A DNA stretch of 64,000 nt from an uncultured Bacteriovoracaceae bacterium (GCA_964012805.1 CAXGUD010000011.1:43161-107160); one strand, 5' to 3'; counted from the first letter of the stretch, positions 29,874-40,768 are shown. Numbers and translations: made by a program. Notes: generated from the sequence alone by a model not told the origin.

Positions 29874-31940
29874 TTAGAGAATATCCCTCGGGAAGTAAAA
29901 AGGCTTTTTGTTGGTAACCCTTTTGTAGTTAATGTAGTTTCTTAGAACAAGCATTACATAATTTTTTGTTTCATTATAAGGAATCAATTCAATAAACTTA
30001 AATGCGTCTCCATCATACCTTTCTTCCGCCCACCTCCTGACAGAAGCATTATTGGCATTGTAAGCTGCTATATAAAATATAAACTGCTGATTAAATTTCT
30101 TTTGAAGTCCCTTTAAGAGAGCACTTCCAAGGTCAAAATTAATTTGTGGATTATAAAGGTCTTTCGCCTGTCCATAAGGAATTTTGTATCTTTTTGAGAG
30201 CCTTTTCGCATTCTCTGGAGTTATTTGCATTGGTCCATATGCCTCTGCGTGACTCCTGCTAAAAAGTTCGAAGGCAGACTCTTGCCTTGTAATGGAATAT
30301 ATAATTTCACGTTCTATATTATATTTTTTAGAAGCCTTATTAATAGAATCTTCAAATGGTGTTGGAAAAAGATTATGAAAGAATTCCTCCGTATGAGGAG
30401 TTCTTGTTTTTGGGTTTATAGAATAAAATTTATGAAAAAGGCCTTGGTGCCAACCAATGGAGTTAAAAAAAGGAATAAGCTTTTTTAATTCTTCAATTGA
30501 TTTAATATTTCTAGTCTTATTTTTTAAGTATGCTTTTGCATGTCTTCCATTATTAGTTTTCTTAATAAAATAGAAAACGGGGTCTATATTTTTAATTTCA
30601 TCAAAGCTTTTCTTTTGATCTTTAAATATAGGCAGGAAAGGTTTATTTAATTTGAGTTGAGAAATAACACCATAATAAGTGAAGGGAGCTTCTTCGTATA
30701 AATTAGCCCATTCTTTTTCGGCTCTCTTAATCTGTCCTGTTTTTTCGTAAGATATACTTTCCCAAAATGCAAATTTTAATTTTAGGTAGTAGTTATCTAC
30801 TTTCTCTTTTTCTTTTTTAAAGTATGCAGCACTTTTTTCAAATTCATTTAGCAAGAAGTAATTCCAACCTATGGACCAGGTAATCTTATTTTTTAAGTCC
30901 TTTTTTATTTTCTTTACTCTATCTGCTTTCAATAAGTAATTTAATGAACTTTTATAATTTTTCTTTTCTACTTCAATGCCCGAAAGTAAAAAAAGTGCAT
31001 AAGACCTTTGATTTGAAGGTATGTTCTTTTGTCTTAAGAGGCCTTTTAATATTTTTATGGCCTTCTTTCTATCATGAATAGTCCAAATTGCTCTTGCATA
31101 CCTTATTTCATTTTTCCACCACTCTTTTTCAATTAAAGCTTTATTTGGTGAGCTTTTGAGCTTTCTTTTTAAAAATCGGCTCATTTCCTTTATTTTAAGA
31201 ATATATTTTTTCTCGTTCCTTTGATTCTTATAGCTTGCTTTGATTCTTTCCCAGGCCTTTATTTTCATTTCAATAGAACTGTTTTTGGCCTTCACTATTT
31301 TTTTGTATATTTCTCTGGCCTTTTTAAACTGCCTTTCTTTTTCAAAGTCTCTTCCCACCTTATAGGCATTTAAATTTGTTATTTTTTTATTAAACCTTGG
31401 TGCAATAGCCAGTCGAAGAGAAATAATTTTTTTGTTTTCAGGTTCGATTTCTAAGGCCTTATCAACTAGGGACAATTTTTCACGCTTATGTCTGGATATT
31501 TTGATAAGTTTCTTTAGTAATAATACTTCTAGAGACTTTAAGTTTAAGCTGCTGGCCTTTTCAAGGCCTTTATTTAAGAAGTCTTTTTTCAACCAATTTG
31601 GAGTTAAAGGTAAAAGGGCGTTATACTCTTTTTCAAAACTTTCTTTTGATTGGCCACACCACTTCCACTCTTTCATTAAAAAGTATTGCTTATATGGTAC
31701 TTGAGGAAGTGGGCGAGATACTTCTTTTATTTTATTGCAACGGGCGACTCCGGTGAGTTTTTTTTCGATAGATTCAATATTTTTGTATCTTGTAATGACC
31801 TCTTCTATAGAAGACTTTTTTATAGGATTAAGTTTTTCTAATGGAGCAGGCTTTCTTGGAGTTTTATCCCAAAAGGGGATATGACTACATCCTATTAATG
31901 TGAAAAGAAGAGAGAAAAGAGGTATATAACCTTTCATCAC
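29874..31940 (-). CDS. Lytic transglycosylase (TPR superhelix plus SLT domain), lipoprotein
   Basis: Lipobox LIGC; ITRQESAF, AYGPMQI, AAYNA, IPYNETKNYV. Confidence 0.9.
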   Translation of the reverse strand: MMKGYIPLFSLLFTLIGCSHIPFWDKTPRKPAPLEKLNPIKKSSIEEVITRYKNIESIEKKLTGVARCNKIKEVSRPLPQVPYKQYFLMKEWKWCGQSKESFEKEYNALLPLTPNWLKKDFLNKGLEKASSLNLKSLEVLLLKKLIKISRHKREKLSLVDKALEIEPENKKIISLRLAIAPRFNKKITNLNAYKVGRDFEKERQFKKAREIYKKIVKAKNSSIEMKIKAWERIKASYKNQRNEKKYILKIKEMSRFLKRKLKSSPNKALIEKEWWKNEIRYARAIWTIHDRKKAIKILKGLLRQKNIPSNQRSYALFLLSGIEVEKKNYKSSLNYLLKADRVKKIKKDLKNKITWSIGWNYFLLNEFEKSAAYFKKEKEKVDNYYLKLKFAFWESISYEKTGQIKRAEKEWANLYEEAPFTYYGVISQLKLNKPFLPIFKDQKKSFDEIKNIDPVFYFIKKTNNGRHAKAYLKNKTRNIKSIEELKKLIPFFNSIGWHQGLFHKFYSINPKTRTPHTEEFFHNLFPTPFEDSINKASKKYNIEREIIYSITRQESAFELFSRSHAEAYGPMQITPENAKRLSKRYKIPYGQAKDLYNPQINFDLGSALLKGLQKKFNQQFIFYIAAYNANNASVRRWAEERYDGDAFKFIELIPYNETKNYVMLVLRNYINYKRVTNKKPFYFPRDIL

Positions 31941-32133
31941 TTAAATCCTTGTGATACTGGCCAAAAAAAATAATTTTTATTTATCTTAGTTAATTGTATC
32001 TCATATAGCAATTATAGTAATTTCAGTATGTTAACATGTCTTTTTTATAAGGTTGGATAAGTTTTTCCAACTCCTTCCCAGACCCTACATTTTATATTAC
32101 TAATCAACCATAAAAGTAGACTTCAATTACGTA

Positions 32134-33537
32134 ATGGTGGGTATAGTGCACTTAGAAAAAAGTTCAAAAGCAAAAGAAATTTTTCAAAACAAAACCGTTC
32201 ATTTTACATCTTTAGGCTGTTCTAAGAACTTAGTAGACTCTCAAGTCATGTTGGGTCATTTAGGGTTAGAGGGCTTTGAAATTGTTCAAGACCCCTCTTT
32301 GGCCACCGTTATCATTGTTAATACGTGTTCATTTATTGAAGCCTCCAAAAAAGAGTCCATTGATACAATCTTAGAATTGGCTGAATTCAAAAATTCAGAA
32401 GTTGGTCGGTGCCGTGCTTTGGTCGTCTCTGGTTGTATGGCCCAAAGATATTCAGATCAACTTGTTGAAGGTCTTCCAGAGGTAGACCTTTTTATAGGTA
32501 CCGGGGAGTACCACAAGATCGTTCATCTCTTAAAAGCTTTCGATGAAGGGGCCTTAGATAAGAAATCCTTTGTAGAGATCCCCAAGTTTATACACACAGA
32601 ATTTGATCCCAGAATAAATACATCACCATTTTATACAGCATGGTTAAAAGTATCAGAAGGTTGTAATAGGAATTGCACTTTTTGTATTATTCCTACAATT
32701 CGCGGGCGTTTGAGGTCTCGATCTGTTGCCTCTCTTGTAGAGGAAGCAAAAAACTTAGCTTCTAATGGAGTCAAAGAGCTAAATCTCATATCTCAGGACT
32801 TATCTGATTATGGAGTTGATTTAAAAGATAGCGATAATTTACTAGAATTATTGAGAGGATTGGAAAATGTAGAGGGGATTCAGTGGATTAGGCTTTTTTA
32901 CTTTTATCCAGATGAGTTAACTGACGAAGTGATAGATTTTATTTCAAAATCAAAAAAGGTTTGTCCTTACCTGGATATGCCTGTTCAGCACTTTAGTTCT
33001 TCTGTTTTAAAAAGAATGAATAGAAAAATAACGGGAGAAGAGATTCTTTCGAGGATTGAAAAACTAAGATCTTCCATTCCTCATATAGTTTTGAGGACAT
33101 CAATTATAGTTGGTTTCCCTGGTGAGTCTGAAGAAGACTTTCAGACTCTTCTCGAAGGGGTTAAGAAGGCGAGGTTTAATCATTTAGGAATTTTCCGCTA
33201 CTCTGATGAAGAAGGCACTCCTGCATTTAGACTTAAGCCAAAGGTTTCAGCAGAGGTTATTGAAAATCGCTTTGATCAATTGTTTGATGTTCAAGAGGAA
33301 ATCTCTGAATCTTTAAATAAATCTTTTATTGGGAAAGAAATTGATGTCTTGATTGAAGGGACTCATGAAGAGACTGAACTTCTCCTACAGGGAAGACATA
33401 TAGGTCAAGCACCTGATGTTGATGGTAAGGTTATAATTAATGATACCTCTTCTTTACCTCTTTCGGTTGGGCAGGTTGTAAAGGTCAGTATTACTGAGTC
33501 CTCTGAATTCGATTTAGTTGGAAAAGTAATCTGTTGA
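32134..33537 (+). CDS. rimO: Ribosomal protein S12 methylthiotransferase RimO
   Basis: SLGCSKNLVDS, NTCSFI, SEGCNRNCTFCIIP, QAPDVDG (TRAM). Confidence 0.95.
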   Translation: MVGIVHLEKSSKAKEIFQNKTVHFTSLGCSKNLVDSQVMLGHLGLEGFEIVQDPSLATVIIVNTCSFIEASKKESIDTILELAEFKNSEVGRCRALVVSGCMAQRYSDQLVEGLPEVDLFIGTGEYHKIVHLLKAFDEGALDKKSFVEIPKFIHTEFDPRINTSPFYTAWLKVSEGCNRNCTFCIIPTIRGRLRSRSVASLVEEAKNLASNGVKELNLISQDLSDYGVDLKDSDNLLELLRGLENVEGIQWIRLFYFYPDELTDEVIDFISKSKKVCPYLDMPVQHFSSSVLKRMNRKITGEEILSRIEKLRSSIPHIVLRTSIIVGFPGESEEDFQTLLEGVKKARFNHLGIFRYSDEEGTPAFRLKPKVSAEVIENRFDQLFDVQEEISESLNKSFIGKEIDVLIEGTHEETELLLQGRHIGQAPDVDGKVIINDTSSLPLSVGQVVKVSITESSEFDLVGKVIC

Positions 33538-33544
33538 GAAAAGC

Positions 33545-36500
33545 TCAGAAACCGTATTTTTCCAATGCTCCCGTTGCTGTGCATTGGTTGGACCCGGCCC
33601 CGCTATTGTATCCAGAGCTTGCATCGTCGAAGTCGGCAAACTGGTTCCACCCAGTTCCAATGTAGTTGTCATCAATATTACCAGATCCATCCATATTATC
33701 ACTTAAGAGTTCATCGTCTGGATTAATGAGGTCTATAGAACTGTCTGCTGTAAAAGGTTTATTCCACTCTCTTACTAGAAGCCTTATTCTAGCTTTAATT
33801 TCTCCTGAGTTGTTGAGACAGTTGTATGTATAAAATGGGTTAGCTTCGTTAAACTTACCAGCTGTAGCATCATTAGCATCGGCGTTTTTTGTAATAGCAT
33901 CCCAAGAGATATCATTATAGATATAACTACTGGATTGCCCATTTGATAGGACTGCTTTACATTGATTACTTTTTGTAAAGTTTGCCAAGTAAATATTGAG
34001 GTCACTTGTGATATCAGAGTCATTTACACTATCAGGAGCATCGTAATTAAAAGTTTGGGTTGAATTAGTTGCTGTGACAACTCCAATTCTATCAGTTATA
34101 TCTTGTGCAGAGAGCTCAGTTAATTTCGAAAGAGGTCCTGACATGCAAGAAAGTTTACTACCAGTACAATTGCTTGGGAATGCATCTAACCCGTCATTAG
34201 TCGCATCACAGATGTAATTCCAAGAATCCGTTGTAGTATCACAAGATGCTTCACTTGTTTTTAGAAGGTCTATTGACTCTGTATAATCATAGAAACCATC
34301 TCCATCGGTATCAGTGAAGCACTTCTTTTCTCCAGACTTTATATAGTTGACTGGATTCACGGTAATTTGACCATCATCACAAGGATCATCGCATAGTTCT
34401 GTCGAAGAAGTATAAGCTTGTCCGTAATTACCATCTTGAGTTCCATCTCGGGAATGGTATTCAGGTATATCGTTGCCACTGTTCCACTGATTTTTGCAAA
34501 TTTCGTCTTGGTAGGCACCTGTGGCTTGAAAGACGTTTTTTGATGCTGGGTCTGATTTTTTATATTGCTTTTTGAAGAAGCCAAAGGGTAAATGTTCTAC
34601 AAAAGGACATATACCGGATGTTTCGACAGCTAAAGCCAAACCATTTTTTTGAAGATCATGTTCTCCTATATCTATGTAGCATAAGATATCTTTGGTGTCT
34701 GTTTTAGGGTCATTATTTATTTGGTCTAATGTAACTCTACAATCAGATCTACTATGTCCTTGTCCTTCTTTGTGAAGAATTGCGTTTGATAATGAATTAC
34801 TGGAGAGGTTTAGCCTCAACTTAAAATGTTCGTGTACTTTAAGTTTAAAGTCGTGGGTTTCAAATCCAGAGTCATTATATACTGTAACAGTGAAGTTCTT
34901 CGTTTCAATACCATTATTTGGAGTTCCTTCTATCACTCCTGTTGAGCTATTCATAAATAACCCAGAAGGAAGATCTGGTGATATAGAAAAGCTTAAAGTA
35001 GTGTTACCACCCTTATTAAGTATAGGGGCCAATCTAAAAGTTTCGCCGACATAAGCATTATAAATATGATCAGTCTGAATATGTGTTATGGAACTTGCAT
35101 CCGGTGTCGACTCAAAGGTAATATCGTTTAGAATACCCTGATCAGTTGATATATCCCCATAAATCACGTTTATGGAGATTGAAGAAGAATCATTTTGGTA
35201 GTTTACAACACCACTTGCTTTATAGTTTGTATCTAACGAGTCTACGGTCGAGCCAGTAGTTATATAAGCTCCATTAAAAAAGGTGGAAGATGGAGGAGAG
35301 ACATCTGGGTCTATGCTGACAATAAGATTATCTGAAGTGATATCTTTTATTGTAATTTGAGTATTGTTTGCATAATAGTCGTTATTTTCAGAAAAAGAAC
35401 CTTTTACGATTCTTACGTAGACATCAGTTGATGGGTCAATGTGAACTATCTCGGCAATATGATCAGCAGTGTCTTCATTATTTCCATTTAAAATTAATTG
35501 TCCATTAGTAGCATCGGTACCCGTGGTTAATTTAAATGCGGCATTGTAGTATTCGACATCCTTGATTGAAGCTACAGGCTTATTATAGTTATAGGCAGTG
35601 TCTATTTGTTCATTCTTTTTAAACTCACCTTCAAGCACTTTAACCAGAAGGAAGGGGTCAGAAGGCGAGTTGTGTATTTTTTCTTTAACGATACCTTTAG
35701 CACCTCCGGAAGAAACAATATGATCTCTCTTATCAACGCTCGCATCTGTTTCAGATAGTTTTAAAATGGCATCTCGTGAATAGGAAAGAAACTTTGGAGG
35801 GTCTATAATACTCAGAGTAAGCACAGTTGAAATTTCTTTACCCAAAATATTTTTTGCCTTAACTGTGAAGTTTGCATTATTTATTGTTGAAGTTGCAGTT
35901 CCATCTATTCGACCTGTAGTTGCATCAAAGGTTAAATCACTTGGTAAAGAAGGTGAAATTGTAAAATCTTGGAGGTCCGCGGTATGATCTGGTTCTATGT
36001 CGATATTGTTTCCGACTTGAAATATTCTTTCGCTTGTAGAAATTTTGGTCTCTGACCATATATAATCGCTTGAATTATCTACTTCTGTTCCCATCTTGAA
36101 GGAAGAACCAGTTGTTGCATCAGTAACTTTAAGTTGAATAACGCCAAAGTTTTTAGAAATGATGTCGGCTTTTGTACCTTCTTTACTAGTTGAAAGGCTT
36201 TCTCCTACTTTGAAGTTAGTACTGTCTTCAAGGATAACTTTGAAGACATCATTAGTATTTAACTTATAATTAAGGTTATCGACTACGTTGGGTTTTTTGT
36301 TCCAAACTGTTATCCATAATGAGGTTGATTGAGTTTCTCCGTTTTGGTTTCTGACGGTGAAGTTAAATTGGGTTGGCAAAAATTCCAAAGGAGTTCCATC
36401 AGCTGTTGCGTCTCCTGAAGTTTCGCTAAAGCTTATATTATATTTTGGCAAATTAAGAGGAGGACTGACGGAGTAATCGAGAGTTTCATTATTTTTTTTA

Positions 36501-37375
36501 TCTTCCGGAGGATTTAATGTTGGAGCTAGGTCTACAGTCGAGTCTGTATTGTTGAAAAAATGGATAACCTTTTCAATTTTGTTTTTCTTTCCAAAGTAGT
36601 GGTTTCCTATATCTATAAAATCACCGGCTTTGAAGTTCGCATCTTCACTTTGAATTTTAACAATGACCGTATTGTAGGTATCATCGATAGTATCTACAGA
36701 AACATCTGCTTTATAACCGTCTTGGTTAATGATTGTCTTATAGTCACCGTTATCCCTGATTGGGTGATAAGAGCTGAATAAGCCTGAATCATTGTAGAGG
36801 TAAAATTCACCAGAGTCTGGCTCAATTTCAACAATTGAGCTTAACTCAAGTAGGATGTATTTCCCTATCTTTTGTTTGTATGTAATGCTATCTATTTTTG
36901 TGGTGACAGAAAGGTCAAAAGTGGTTTCATAATCTGCGTCTGAAGCATGTTTCCCTTTGACTGTAAACCTTGTTTCCGATAAAAATGATGTAGGTTTTCC
37001 ACTAACCTCACCTGTTAGACCATTAAATTCAAGGCCTATCTGCTCAAGTTTTTCCCTCGGATCAATTGAAAAAGTCATTTCGCTTTCATTTGTGAAAGCT
37101 TTACCCGATGATGTGGAATAAAGCTTTAAAGAAAAAGATGAATCGTCTTCATTGTTTTCGCTACTTTCACTAGACTGAGATGGTATGAACCTTTGGAGTT
37201 TATGAGGCCCAGTTTTGTCATAGTCAATGCCAGTTGGAACCTCAGTTGTGAATTTAGGAAGCTCTTTGTAAGGGTCTGAAGGCGGTTCTTCATTAAAGCT
37301 GTCTATGCTATCAGGAAGGCAGCTGACAAATATTATCATGATGAAAAAATGAATTAGTAAGTGAATCCCCTTCAT
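33545..37375 (-). CDS. Large surface lipoprotein with putative Ig (He_PIG-like) repeats and a Cys-rich C-terminal domain
   Basis: Start MKGIHLL...IFVSC (lipobox); repeats ISPSLPSDLTFDATTGRIDGT and ISPDLPSGLFMNSSTGVIEGTP; DTDGDGFYD. ORF track extends to 37498. Confidence 0.75.
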   Translation of the reverse strand: MKGIHLLIHFFIMIIFVSCLPDSIDSFNEEPPSDPYKELPKFTTEVPTGIDYDKTGPHKLQRFIPSQSSESSENNEDDSSFSLKLYSTSSGKAFTNESEMTFSIDPREKLEQIGLEFNGLTGEVSGKPTSFLSETRFTVKGKHASDADYETTFDLSVTTKIDSITYKQKIGKYILLELSSIVEIEPDSGEFYLYNDSGLFSSYHPIRDNGDYKTIINQDGYKADVSVDTIDDTYNTVIVKIQSEDANFKAGDFIDIGNHYFGKKNKIEKVIHFFNNTDSTVDLAPTLNPPEDKKNNETLDYSVSPPLNLPKYNISFSETSGDATADGTPLEFLPTQFNFTVRNQNGETQSTSLWITVWNKKPNVVDNLNYKLNTNDVFKVILEDSTNFKVGESLSTSKEGTKADIISKNFGVIQLKVTDATTGSSFKMGTEVDNSSDYIWSETKISTSERIFQVGNNIDIEPDHTADLQDFTISPSLPSDLTFDATTGRIDGTATSTINNANFTVKAKNILGKEISTVLTLSIIDPPKFLSYSRDAILKLSETDASVDKRDHIVSSGGAKGIVKEKIHNSPSDPFLLVKVLEGEFKKNEQIDTAYNYNKPVASIKDVEYYNAAFKLTTGTDATNGQLILNGNNEDTADHIAEIVHIDPSTDVYVRIVKGSFSENNDYYANNTQITIKDITSDNLIVSIDPDVSPPSSTFFNGAYITTGSTVDSLDTNYKASGVVNYQNDSSSISINVIYGDISTDQGILNDITFESTPDASSITHIQTDHIYNAYVGETFRLAPILNKGGNTTLSFSISPDLPSGLFMNSSTGVIEGTPNNGIETKNFTVTVYNDSGFETHDFKLKVHEHFKLRLNLSSNSLSNAILHKEGQGHSRSDCRVTLDQINNDPKTDTKDILCYIDIGEHDLQKNGLALAVETSGICPFVEHLPFGFFKKQYKKSDPASKNVFQATGAYQDEICKNQWNSGNDIPEYHSRDGTQDGNYGQAYTSSTELCDDPCDDGQITVNPVNYIKSGEKKCFTDTDGDGFYDYTESIDLLKTSEASCDTTTDSWNYICDATNDGLDAFPSNCTGSKLSCMSGPLSKLTELSAQDITDRIGVVTATNSTQTFNYDAPDSVNDSDITSDLNIYLANFTKSNQCKAVLSNGQSSSYIYNDISWDAITKNADANDATAGKFNEANPFYTYNCLNNSGEIKARIRLLVREWNKPFTADSSIDLINPDDELLSDNMDGSGNIDDNYIGTGWNQFADFDDASSGYNSGAGSNQCTATGALEKYGF

Positions 37376-37586
37376 GTCCTCTATTATCGTTATTTTGATA
37401 GAAATAATTATGAATAGAGAAGATAATATTTTATAAATCAAAGTCTTCCTGGATTTTTTTTCAGTAAAAGTTGAGTCCTTAACTTGATTAATGACCAACT
37501 TTTTTTCGAGTTAAACTTGTAACTTATCGAAATAATGATTTAATTGAATCTGGTAATAAAACTTAACAATAATTTCATTTTAATTA

Positions 37587-38411
37587 ATGCGGAATTGTCT
37601 TATGAAAAACTTTTCGTTCGTATTTGTTTTTTTATTCATTTGTAACACTTCTAGCGCAGACTTATCCGACACTTTCTCAGGGTATGGGGAAAAGTTAAGG
37701 CCGTATTTTAAAAAGTTTTTAGGCGATAAAAGGACCGACAAGTTACTAGGAGTAAAAAAGTCGGGAATTAAAATGCCTAAAATTCCTGAGGTTAGGAAAG
37801 ATGCAAGGAACGTAAACCTTTTAAGAAAAGGGAAGAGAAATTCAGGTAATAAAAAATTATCCAGAAGAAAGAAACAAAAGTATGACCTAGCTTTTATTAG
37901 AGAGATTACTAGAGTGACAAGGCAAATGAAGTCGACATTAAACGAAGATAAAAGATGGCTCAATGTTATGTCTCAAGGAGGAACAAGAGAAGGGGTTTAT
38001 AGAGGAATTGTTTTAGAGGACCGTTACCTTAGGCTAGAAAGAAAGTCATTCCCTATTAACCCTAAGGTTTTAGAGTTTAGCTTACATTTTGCTAATAACT
38101 TTTTGTCACAGGATATTAAAAAATCTGCCTTGAGAAGATCAAACTTTTATACATTAAAAAAGGTCATAGTTGAAAGGTCTCTAGAGGTTTTAGATAGTTT
38201 TCCTCTTGAAAATGATGATCTCTATGATTGGTATGCCTTATTTTCTAGCTATTTGGCGAAAAAATACCCTCGTATTTGGGTGAATAAATTAAGGAAAAAC
38301 TCTAACGCCAAAATACATAAGCATTGGGCTAAAAATGTGCCTGAGCAACATGTAAAATCAGAAGTAATTATTAAGATGCATAAAGTTTTTAACTTTCAGT
38401 TAAGCCGCTAG
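37587..38411 (+). CDS. Hypothetical secreted basic protein
   Basis: 274-aa ORF with signal-peptide-like N-terminus; no family recognised. Confidence 0.7.
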   Translation: MRNCLMKNFSFVFVFLFICNTSSADLSDTFSGYGEKLRPYFKKFLGDKRTDKLLGVKKSGIKMPKIPEVRKDARNVNLLRKGKRNSGNKKLSRRKKQKYDLAFIREITRVTRQMKSTLNEDKRWLNVMSQGGTREGVYRGIVLEDRYLRLERKSFPINPKVLEFSLHFANNFLSQDIKKSALRRSNFYTLKKVIVERSLEVLDSFPLENDDLYDWYALFSSYLAKKYPRIWVNKLRKNSNAKIHKHWAKNVPEQHVKSEVIIKMHKVFNFQLSR

Positions 38412-39391
38412 TTTTGAAAGATACTGTCAGTATCTAGAAAAGGGTTTTCTTCTTTTGTAATGATTGAAAAAAGCCTTTCCACTCCAAGAGCGATTCCGGC
38501 CGAGGGAGGTAATCCTTTTTCAAGTGATCTAAAGAGCGTATAAGGAGCTGGCAGAGAGTAATGATAGAGGTCTTCTTTAAGCTTTAGGTCTTTTTCAGCT
38601 CTTTTCTTTTGAGTTTTGAGGTCGCAAAGCTCGTTGAAGCAATTTGCTAGCTCAACACCTTCAATATAGACTTCAAATCTTTCGCATACTCTAGGATCGC
38701 TTTCTTTTAGAGTTGATAATGCGGAAAGGTGGTAAGGAAACTCGTAGAGTATGAGAAAAGGGTATTGTTTGAGACAGGGCTCGACCTTATTAAGAAAAAG
38801 GAGGAAAAAGTAATCATCCCAGGTCATTTTATCTTCATCTCTTCCTTCAGGAATGGGAATTTCGGGAAATGAGTTTTTAATAACTTTTTTTAGGTCATCG
38901 ATTTTTAGTAGATCTAAAATGTCTATATTGAGGTGCCTTTTAAAAACCTCAGCGATAGTTAATGTATGAACTTTTTCAATGGGAGTCCTTCCCAAAAATT
39001 TTTCGTTTAAATAAACCCATAGTTTTGTACAGTCATCCATTATGTCTGTGTAATGGGAACCAGATCGGTACCATTCGAGCATAATGAACTGGTTTCTGTG
39101 AATGGAAGAACTTGGCTCATCTCTGAATGAATGTGAAAGGGTAAAAATCTTTTCCATACCTTGGGAGAGAAGTTCTTTCATAAAGAATTCTGGAGATGAG
39201 TGGAGGAAAAGACCTTGATTTTTATTTTGAGAGCTACTTAAACTCGGGGAAACTTTGAAGGGGTGTATATGAGGTTCTATTCCGGGATGCGAAACCATCG
39301 GTGGAACGAGTACATCTGTAAAGCCATTTTCAATAAAAAAGTCCCTGATGGCTTGAATAAATTGAAATTTTTTCTTGAGGAAATTATGCAT
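38408..39391 (-). CDS. epmA: EF-P lysyl ligase EpmA (GenX/PoxA)
   Basis: LHSSPEFFMKELL, FRDE..HRNQFIMLEWYR, ERFEVYIEGVELANCFNEL, AGIALGVERL; no anticodon-binding domain. Confidence 0.92.
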   Translation of the reverse strand: MHNFLKKKFQFIQAIRDFFIENGFTDVLVPPMVSHPGIEPHIHPFKVSPSLSSSQNKNQGLFLHSSPEFFMKELLSQGMEKIFTLSHSFRDEPSSSIHRNQFIMLEWYRSGSHYTDIMDDCTKLWVYLNEKFLGRTPIEKVHTLTIAEVFKRHLNIDILDLLKIDDLKKVIKNSFPEIPIPEGRDEDKMTWDDYFFLLFLNKVEPCLKQYPFLILYEFPYHLSALSTLKESDPRVCERFEVYIEGVELANCFNELCDLKTQKKRAEKDLKLKEDLYHYSLPAPYTLFRSLEKGLPPSAGIALGVERLFSIITKEENPFLDTDSIFQN

Positions 39392-39463
39392 TTGGTCACC
39401 CCCTTTGCTAGAAGTGATAAGTATGTTAGTTGTCCCAAAAATTCAATATGAAAGGGAATAAAA

Positions 39464-40729
39464 ATGGAAGCTCTAGTAAGCATTTTGCAGTCAGTGTATA
39501 CGATTTTAGGTTTTTCTGTAGAAGCCAATATTGGCGATGTTCTAGGGGCTTTATCAGTACTTTATATTCTTTTAGCATCGATGACTCATTTCGTTGGGAA
39601 AAAAGAAGTATCAGGTGATTTAGAGAGAACTTCGAGTGATTTAACGAGTGTTGATGGTCGCTCTGATGAGGGGCAGGATTTAGTTAAGCCAGAGAAAGAA
39701 GTTAAAGTTGAAGAGAAGAAGGAAGAGGAAGAGCTCGAAGAAAAAAAAGAAGTCGTTAAACCGGTAGAAGCTAAGGTTTCTTGGGGGCAGAGGCTAAAAA
39801 GAGGACTTGAGAGATCAAGGGCCGAAGTGTGGGGTAAGTTGGAGAGTGTTTTTTCTGGTAATCAGCTAAATGATGACTCTCTCGATGAAATAGAAGAAAT
39901 CCTCTATGGAGCAGATATTGGCACTTCTACTGTTTCTGAGTTGATAGATACTCTTCATGATAAATGCGGTAGTGAAGACTTTGGTGTTAAAGAGCTGAAA
40001 AGCTTTTTGCACGATTTTCTAAAAAATAAAATGGAGCCCATTCAAAAGAACCTTGATGGTTCATTGGCTTCTTTTAAGCTCAGTTCAGCAGAAACTAAAC
40101 CTAAGGTAATCATGGTTGTGGGTGTCAATGGCGCAGGAAAGACTACCACAATAGGAAAGTTGGCGACAAAGCTTAAAAATCAAGGAGCCAAAGTGGTTGT
40201 CGGCGCATGCGATACCTTTAGAGCTGCTGCTGTCGATCAACTGCAGGTCTGGTGTGACCGTGCAGGAGTTGAAATGGTAAGAGCTAAAGAAGGAAGTGCG
40301 CCAAGCGGCGTAGGTTACCAAGCTTTAGAGCAAGCAATAAGCTCAAAAGCAGACTATTGTATTTTAGATACGGCGGGTCGACTTCACACCAAAGGGAATC
40401 TTATGGATGAATTAAAGAAGTCCAGGGATGTTTTAAAAAAGCTAGACCCAGATGCTCCCCATCAAACCCTCTTAGTTCTCGATGCTATTACTGGCCAGAA
40501 TGCTTTACGTCAGGCTGAGGAGTTTCATAAGGCCTTGAGTGTTTCAGGGTTAATTTTCACTAAGTGCGATGGCTCTTCTAAGGGAGGGAGCGCTATATCA
40601 ATCGTTCAAAGCCTTAAAGTTCCAATTGCCTTTATTGGTGTCGGTGAGAGTGTGGAAGACCTCAATCACTTTGATTTGGACGATTACCTTAAGGCACTCT
40701 TAAATAATGGCCAGGAGGAAGTGTCTTAA
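39464..40729 (+). CDS. ftsY: SRP receptor FtsY
   Basis: GVNGAGKTTTIGKLA, DTFRAAA, DTAGR, TKCDGSSKGG; N-terminal hydrophobic segment. Confidence 0.97.
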   Translation: MEALVSILQSVYTILGFSVEANIGDVLGALSVLYILLASMTHFVGKKEVSGDLERTSSDLTSVDGRSDEGQDLVKPEKEVKVEEKKEEEELEEKKEVVKPVEAKVSWGQRLKRGLERSRAEVWGKLESVFSGNQLNDDSLDEIEEILYGADIGTSTVSELIDTLHDKCGSEDFGVKELKSFLHDFLKNKMEPIQKNLDGSLASFKLSSAETKPKVIMVVGVNGAGKTTTIGKLATKLKNQGAKVVVGACDTFRAAAVDQLQVWCDRAGVEMVRAKEGSAPSGVGYQALEQAISSKADYCILDTAGRLHTKGNLMDELKKSRDVLKKLDPDAPHQTLLVLDAITGQNALRQAEEFHKALSVSGLIFTKCDGSSKGGSAISIVQSLKVPIAFIGVGESVEDLNHFDLDDYLKALLNNGQEEVS

Positions 40730-40730
40730 A

Positions 40731-40759
40731 TTGACGGGCTACAATTTATGAATTATCCT
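40731..40759 (+). promoter_or_regulatory. Candidate sigma70 promoter for zapA-ygfA-rny (possibly near-leaderless)
   Basis: TTGACG-N17-TATCCT ending 9 nt before the zapA ATG; no SD. Confidence 0.45.
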
Positions 40760-40768
40760 TAGAATTGG

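Noticed and set aside
37580..37963. 127-aa minus-strand ORF
   Set aside because: Antisense to the longer signal-peptide-bearing ORF at 37587-38411.
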